46,713 bases of DNA from a phage: sequence record PZ379183.1, one strand, 5' to 3'. This document shows positions 42,567 to 46,713 of the stretch, piece by piece; positions within the stretch are counted from its first letter, which is position 1; every line of letters starts with the position of its first letter. The position numbers were made by a program, and so were the translations under genes. Under the pieces are notes generated by a model that saw only the letters and a list, made by a program, of their open reading frames with translations, was not told where the DNA came from and made no database searches.

Positions 42567-44165
42567 TTACCCCAGCAATCGTGGATTAATGTAAATTTTA
42601 TCACCAATCAGGCATGTGTAGTTTTTCTCATCAAGCATAGGAATCAAGTGGTCCTTAATGCGAGTCATAATTCCAGCCTGAGCTTCAAAAGGTTTAACCT
42701 TGCGTGCAGCCTCATACAACGAGCGAACACCAACAACACCTTTACCATTCTTGCCCTGCTTAATCAGGATATCAACCAGCTTGTTCATCTCGGCATTGTC
42801 ACCAGCATGACCAGCAGCACTAGCGGATGATAAATAAGTCTTGCTTAGTTCGTTGAAAATCATAACCGCTTCCTGCATTGTATCCAGTTCAATCTCTCTT
42901 GACTTTTGAGGGCTGGATCCGGCTGGTGAGAACCAGTTACGAATTACGTGCAGAACAGAAGCGATGCGGATTGCTTGCTTATCAAACTTACCAAGAGCAC
43001 CGCGCAACATTGTGTGAGAATACTTGCCACCATCACCAAGATGAGGCTCCATCTCTTGACGAGCGCGGTTAAGGTAACGCATTGATGACGCGCTTACAGT
43101 AAGTTTCACTTCAACTTCATTCATAATCTCATGAACAAGACGGAAATAGTCTGCTTTCAGGCCGCCATCAATAGCCTCATAGGTTGAATCACCATTTTCA
43201 TCAACAAATACACGGTCGCCAAGAAATGATTTTTCACGCACCAGAAGGAAACGCTCAGATACACCAATACCACGCGCACCAGCATTCATAATGGCATTGA
43301 TTGTTTCATCCTGAGCAATTACGGAGATGCATCCCATAGCCACAAAGCTCATGTTATTTTCTGCGTTCGCACGGGCAATTGACACATTACCTGCATCCCA
43401 TGCTTTCAGCACGAGCTCGCTGTTCGTTTTCTTCGAGCCATCACCGTAAGTCATGCCTAACAGTGAGTTGACGCTAGTAGCCTCATCAGAGATTACCGCA
43501 AAATTACCCTGGCGATTGTTGATTCGCGCAAGACCTTCCGGAGTAGTATCGGAGACAGGGAATACTATATCGCATAGCTTCTCGAGCTTCTCCTCTAAAT
43601 CCTCCTTCTCCTCAAAAAGTGAAGCCATTTCAGAAGGTGATTTCTCCTGCTTCATCTCTTTAGCCAGAGCGGACAGTTTAGCCATAATCTTTTTTCGATC
43701 ACGTTTACGTACTTCATTCAACCGCTCAGTCTCAGCAATCATCGGCGCAATTGATAGCGAGTTAATGGCTGATTTACCAGTTGAAGGCGGCTGACTTGTT
43801 ACCACGTACAAAGATGTTGGCTGTTGGGTTCCATGATACTCGACAGTAAAACGCCCAAGCATTGCAGCAGAAACACAACCAAGAAAGTGCATGTAAGCTG
43901 ACGACTCAGGGAACTGAACCGAGCGAGCGATATTAGCCGATAGCTTACCAACAACATCAATATCATTACCGAGTGAGATTACTGGATACTTATCATTACC
44001 TGTATCAATCTCGACAGGTGCTTTCCAGAACGATTGAGACTGTCGATAGCCATTGGCATTAATAGCCACGCGAAGCGGTGGTAGGTTGTCATTGGCAGCG
44101 ATCGCCATAACTTGCTCAACAGATAGTTTATCTTCATTGAAATCAAACATTACTTCTCTCCGCAT
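42567..44165 (-). CDS. P-loop NTPase of unknown function (Walker A and B)
   Basis: Walker A SQPPSTGKS and Walker B-like FAVISDEA; 532 aa; early-type operon position. Confidence 0.5.
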   Translation of the reverse strand: MRREVMFDFNEDKLSVEQVMAIAANDNLPPLRVAINANGYRQSQSFWKAPVEIDTGNDKYPVISLGNDIDVVGKLSANIARSVQFPESSAYMHFLGCVSAAMLGRFTVEYHGTQQPTSLYVVTSQPPSTGKSAINSLSIAPMIAETERLNEVRKRDRKKIMAKLSALAKEMKQEKSPSEMASLFEEKEDLEEKLEKLCDIVFPVSDTTPEGLARINNRQGNFAVISDEATSVNSLLGMTYGDGSKKTNSELVLKAWDAGNVSIARANAENNMSFVAMGCISVIAQDETINAIMNAGARGIGVSERFLLVREKSFLGDRVFVDENGDSTYEAIDGGLKADYFRLVHEIMNEVEVKLTVSASSMRYLNRARQEMEPHLGDGGKYSHTMLRGALGKFDKQAIRIASVLHVIRNWFSPAGSSPQKSREIELDTMQEAVMIFNELSKTYLSSASAAGHAGDNAEMNKLVDILIKQGKNGKGVVGVRSLYEAARKVKPFEAQAGIMTRIKDHLIPMLDEKNYTCLIGDKIYINPRLLG

Positions 44166-44210
44166 TGTTTCTGAGCGGCCATTATATCAATAGCCGCTTA
44201 TAATGCATTA

Positions 44211-44223
44211 TCAATTAGTGCTA
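44211..44223 (-). promoter_or_regulatory. TAGCAC-N5 motif copy (minus strand, variant TAGCACTAATTGA)
   Basis: Followed on minus strand by TTGATATAAT (TG-extended -10-like) upstream of the ATPase gene; also encodes the C-terminal STN-stop of the upstream small ORF. Confidence 0.45.
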
Positions 44224-44381
44224 TTTAGTAAGATGCAATCTATCTTGTAGTAGTCAAAGTGATTTTCTGAAGATATTTCTTTGTTATATTTAAACTCCTG
44301 TGCTTTGAATTCTTCATCGAAAGCGGCAATCACTTCGCTTCCATCATAGTGTGTGCAACCACTTACAATGTATAATTTCAT
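44211..44381 (-). CDS. hypothetical small protein (56 aa) ending in -NSTN
   Basis: Manual translation; ATGA overlap with upstream gene. Confidence 0.35.
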   Translation of the reverse strand: MKLYIVSGCTHYDGSEVIAAFDEEFKAQEFKYNKEISSENHFDYYKIDCILLNSTN

Positions 44382-44767
44382 TTGTATTGAGCCTCAAAGT
44401 GGTAAGTTTCACACAACGTATAAAAGCCAACATCTTCGCTGCGATATAGCTGCCAGGCGTTGCCATCTTCATCGTAAATGTATCCAGCTGACTGACCAAG
44501 TCCGCTATGCATGTTGACCTGGTATCGCTTACCTTCTTTGAAGTCTTTCTTAACGCCAGACTTATGGTTAACCTTTGTGCAGTAAAGAGTTTTGGTTTTA
44601 ATGTATTTTCCACGTTCTTCCAGGTTGATCCATTTGCCGTCTTTTTTGATTTGCTCAAATTCAACTTCCTCAGCGACACCGTTAACCCACTGGTGAATCT
44701 TTTTAACGCGAGCTTTAAATAGCTTGTTGTCGTTGCTAATGAAATTTTTGGTTATCGTAGTAGTCAT
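44378..44767 (-). CDS. hypothetical protein (129 aa), Lys-rich
   Basis: AT-rich ORF in minus-strand operon. Confidence 0.45.
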   Translation of the reverse strand: MTTTITKNFISNDNKLFKARVKKIHQWVNGVAEEVEFEQIKKDGKWINLEERGKYIKTKTLYCTKVNHKSGVKKDFKEGKRYQVNMHSGLGQSAGYIYDEDGNAWQLYRSEDVGFYTLCETYHFEAQYK

Positions 44768-44808
44768 TATTTTAATCTCTTAGTTTTCCACATGAATTTG
44801 TTTGGTAC

Positions 44809-44928
44809 TTATTTGCGCACAATACGCACAACAATCTTATCAAACTTCTGAACTAAACCGTAAATCTTACCATCTAGCGACGCCATGAAAACCGCCTCTT
44901 CCATCTCGTCATAAAAGTTGTCGAACAT
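44809..44928 (-). CDS. hypothetical small protein (~39 aa)
   Basis: Internal ATG of ORF 44809..44994; the 5' part of the track ORF overlaps the conserved motif and leader. Confidence 0.3.
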   Translation of the reverse strand: MFDNFYDEMEEAVFMASLDGKIYGLVQKFDKIVVRIVRK

Positions 44929-44987
44929 GATCTCTTGCTCTCTTTCGTTTCGATGGAGTAAATATACGCCATCCGTGGCGGTGAGTT

Positions 44988-45003
44988 TTAGCAATTAGTG
45001 CTA
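44988..45003 (-). promoter_or_regulatory. TAGCAC-N5-GCTAA motif copy (minus strand)
   Basis: Followed on minus strand by GTATATTT and CCATCGAAACGAAAGAGAG leader. Confidence 0.5.
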
Positions 45004-45152
45004 TTTTTTCTGGCCTTCTCAATTGCCTTCAACATAATCTCGTGAGACTCAAGCAGGTCCTCGTTAAACCAGTCCCCGCAAGGCCAACCCTTTCCGCTGT
45101 AAGCACTAATTATTTCCAGATCGAAATAGTTTATATCAGATGGTAAAAGCAT
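44988..45152 (-). CDS. hypothetical small protein (54 aa) ending in -NSTNC
   Basis: Manual translation on minus strand; C-terminal residues encoded by the motif. Confidence 0.35.
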   Translation of the reverse strand: MLLPSDINYFDLEIISAYSGKGWPCGDWFNEDLLESHEIMLKAIEKARKNSTNC

Positions 45153-45355
45153 TATTCAATCACCTTAAAAGTTGCGATGCCGTGGATGATTACGTAATCA
45201 AGGCATTTAAGCGCCTGGAACGTGTCGTGATGCTTGTGTGGACGTTCGCCGGTAACAAGGCACATATCATCTTTAAACTCGGTAGCGTTGTATTCAGAGC
45301 CCTTATTGAAGGCGTCGTTAAAGTCTTTAATTATGTTAGTGCAAAGAAGTTTCAT
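45152..45355 (-). CDS. hypothetical protein (67 aa)
   Basis: GAGGATTAACATG RBS on minus strand; preferred over the overlapping plus-strand ORF 45140..45394. Confidence 0.45.
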   Translation of the reverse strand: MKLLCTNIIKDFNDAFNKGSEYNATEFKDDMCLVTGERPHKHHDTFQALKCLDYVIIHGIATFKVIE

Positions 45356-45356
45356 G

Positions 45357-45548
45357 TTAATCCTCTAAAATTTCAAAAATCAATCGACGCTTAACAGCGG
45401 CAATAACAAGGCCATTTTCAATGTAGCAGTAAACTGGCTTGAAGTTATCACCAACTACGTAACCATAAATTTCATCATAACTGTAATGCTTTCCACTACT
45501 GAATTCCCAGGTTCCATCATTAAGATTATTTAAGCACTTAACTTTCAT
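45357..45548 (-). CDS. hypothetical protein (~63 aa)
   Basis: Internal ATG of ORF 45357..45602 with AAGGAGCCGAATAATG RBS. Confidence 0.4.
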   Translation of the reverse strand: MKVKCLNNLNDGTWEFSSGKHYSYDEIYGYVVGDNFKPVYCYIENGLVIAAVKRRLIFEILED

Positions 45549-45559
45549 TATTCGGCTCC

Positions 45560-45745
45560 TTACCAGGGTAAACATTCGTCGCAGCCAAGGCCATCGCAGC
45601 ACAGATATTCATCATCTGACTGGAATTGCTTAGCAAGGTCGATATCGATGCGTCCGCGTAAAACCATATCAGTATAGTCACTGTTCAATCCAGTCAGCGC
45701 ACATTCCTGCTTTAATTGCTCAAATGCTTCGTCTTTAAGTTTCAT
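45560..45745 (-). CDS. hypothetical protein (~61 aa) with Cys-rich C-terminus
   Basis: Internal ATG with AAGGTGG RBS; C-terminal CCDGLGCDEC cluster. Confidence 0.4.
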   Translation of the reverse strand: MKLKDEAFEQLKQECALTGLNSDYTDMVLRGRIDIDLAKQFQSDDEYLCCDGLGCDECLPW

Positions 45746-45896
45746 TTTTAAACCACCTTTCTTTAAGAACCTGAACCCAAGACTTTGCATCATCTTCTGT
45801 CATGAAGAAACTTAATTTTGGGTACTTGTGAAACCCTTTTAACTCAACAACCCAATGACCATTACTGTAACTGTAACCAACTGTTTTTTCTGTCAT
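45735..45896 (-). CDS. hypothetical small protein
   Basis: Internal ATG of ORF 45735..46034 with GAGAG RBS; upstream part of the track ORF lies in a structured leader. Confidence 0.3.
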   Translation of the reverse strand: MTEKTVGYSYSNGHWVVELKGFHKYPKLSFFMTEDDAKSWVQVLKERWFKNET

Positions 45897-46137
45897 CACT
45901 GTCATCTCTCTATGTTTTCTTGTTATCGAAATCTCTTCAACGTACTCACTACAACTCGGGATTTTAAACCCGGCCCGGCATCCTATCAAAAGGACCCGCA
46001 AGGCGCTTTGGTGGGTAAGGTAACGCTTCCTCACATTGCGCGGTGTCGTTCACTCTTTTTGGTTCCTTTCGGAAGTGACTCAGAGTCCAGCACCGTTTCG
46101 ATGAATACATAGTAGCAACTTACTAATGATTGTGCAT

Positions 46138-46153
46138 TAGCAAAAAGTGCTAT
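46138..46153 (-). promoter_or_regulatory. TAGCAC-N5-GCTAA motif copy (minus strand, variant TAGCACTTTTTGCTAA)
   Basis: Followed on minus strand by CATCGAAACGG leader toward the right-end operon. Confidence 0.45.
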
Positions 46154-46159
46154 TCGTTG

Positions 46160-46270
46160 GATTTATAGATTGTTGCAGCTATTGCAATGATTCATCTCAT
46201 TATTGCACATATAGCAATATTGCATCGAATGCAATGATGTTTTTGATTGTTGCAGAATTTGCAATGATCG
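46160..46270. repeat. array of TTGCAATGAT direct repeats and TTGCA-based palindromes
   Basis: ATTGTTGCAG-N-TTGCAATGAT at 46160-46185 and 46244-46270; ATTGCACATATAGCAAT and TTGCATCGAATGCAA palindromes between them. Confidence 0.65.
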
Positions 46271-46415
46271 ATGTGGGGTGAATGAATGGTGGATGGACTA
46301 CCATACAAGTTGATTTTGATTCTTGCTGAGCCAATTTGGATATACACGTTATCGAAGTTATGGTGTGTATATGAGGTGCGCTTCCGAAGAATCATACACG
46401 CCTACCACGCTAGAT

Positions 46416-46500
46416 TACGCAATGGTTACATAATAATATCTATATATATCAACCTTTTACTATATTATTATTATTATTATATATATGTATGTATATGGTG
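46416..46500. repeat. second copy of the 85-bp AT-rich element with (TTA)n microsatellite
   Basis: TACGCAATGGTTACATAATAATATCTATATATATCAACCTTTTACT...(TTA)6...TATATAT is near-identical to 27491-27575. Confidence 0.7.
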
Positions 46501-46713
46501 TAGATTGGTCGTATGGATGGGTCGATAGTTTTTCTATGAAAACTACTAATTTTATCTATATAGATACATATGCATACCCCCGGCGAATCCGCGTAAAATC
46601 TTACACAGGGTAATTACACCAGCTATAGCTGGGCTGAGAGGTCAAAAAGCGTAACCAATGCAGATATAAACACAACATAACACTTGATAACGCGTATATT
46701 CATGATACCATGG

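Noticed and set aside
45140-45394. Plus-strand 84-aa ORF
   Set aside because: It overlaps a minus-strand ORF (45152..45355) that has a proper RBS and fits the uniformly minus-strand operon of this region.
46192-46528. ORF-track CDSs 46192..46395 (-) and 46286..46528 (+)
   Set aside because: Both lie entirely within the repeat-dense control region (TTGCAATGAT array, 85-bp AT-rich element) and translate to low-complexity peptides (runs of Y and I from the (TTA)n/(AT)n tracts).
1-46713. Lysogeny module (integrase, CI-type repressor, attP) or other mobile-element hallmarks
   Set aside because: No tyrosine/serine recombinase-like ORF, no transposase and no attachment-site-like tRNA fragment were found; the only HTH proteins are small Cro-like or enzyme-fused, so the element is interpreted as a virulent phage genome.

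Overview
The window looks like a complete or near-complete genome of a tailed dsDNA bacteriophage with a T1-like (Drexlerviridae-type) siphovirus layout; every call here is from reading the sequence and ORF translations, with no database search run. Left to right: (1) 1-4.7 kb, plus-strand small early-type ORFs, an HNH endonuclease and one tRNA-Arg(CCU); (2) 4.8-25.3 kb, plus-strand packaging, head and tail genes (terminase small/large, portal, head morphogenesis, scaffold, major capsid, connectors, major tail, tail chaperones with a -1 frameshift site, tape measure, lambda-like M/L/K/I/J tail-tip genes); (3) 25.4-27.3 kb, minus-strand cassette of a Gly/Ser/Asn-rich putative receptor-binding protein, a small Cor/Llp-like lipoprotein and a short C5-cytosine methyltransferase; (4) 27.3-27.9 kb, AT-rich iteron/microsatellite region with a second copy near the window end; (5) 27.9-30.3 kb, recombination module (PD-(D/E)XK exonuclease, Erf-like annealing protein, SSB with poly-Gln linker); (6) 30.3-34.8 kb, minus-strand tail fibre/tailspike, primase, HNH endonuclease and Cro-like HTH protein; (7) 34.9-41 kb, helicase, VRR-NUC nuclease, small ORFs, an HTH-fused metallophosphoesterase, and an adjacent HAD phosphatase plus P-loop kinase pair; (8) 41.1-42.2 kb, lysis cassette (pinholin-like holin, SAR-type GH24 endolysin, unimolecular spanin); (9) 42.2-46.0 kb, minus-strand early-type operon with a 532-aa Walker A/B ATPase and many small ORFs; (10) 46.1-46.7 kb, repeat-dense control region. 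The most striking sequence-level signal is a family of at least 17 copies of a near-palindromic motif TAGCAC-N5-GCTAA(A) at gene boundaries, often supplying the upstream gene's stop codon and forcing a shared NSTNC C-terminus on several unrelated proteins. No integrase or CI-type repressor was seen, consistent with a virulent phage.
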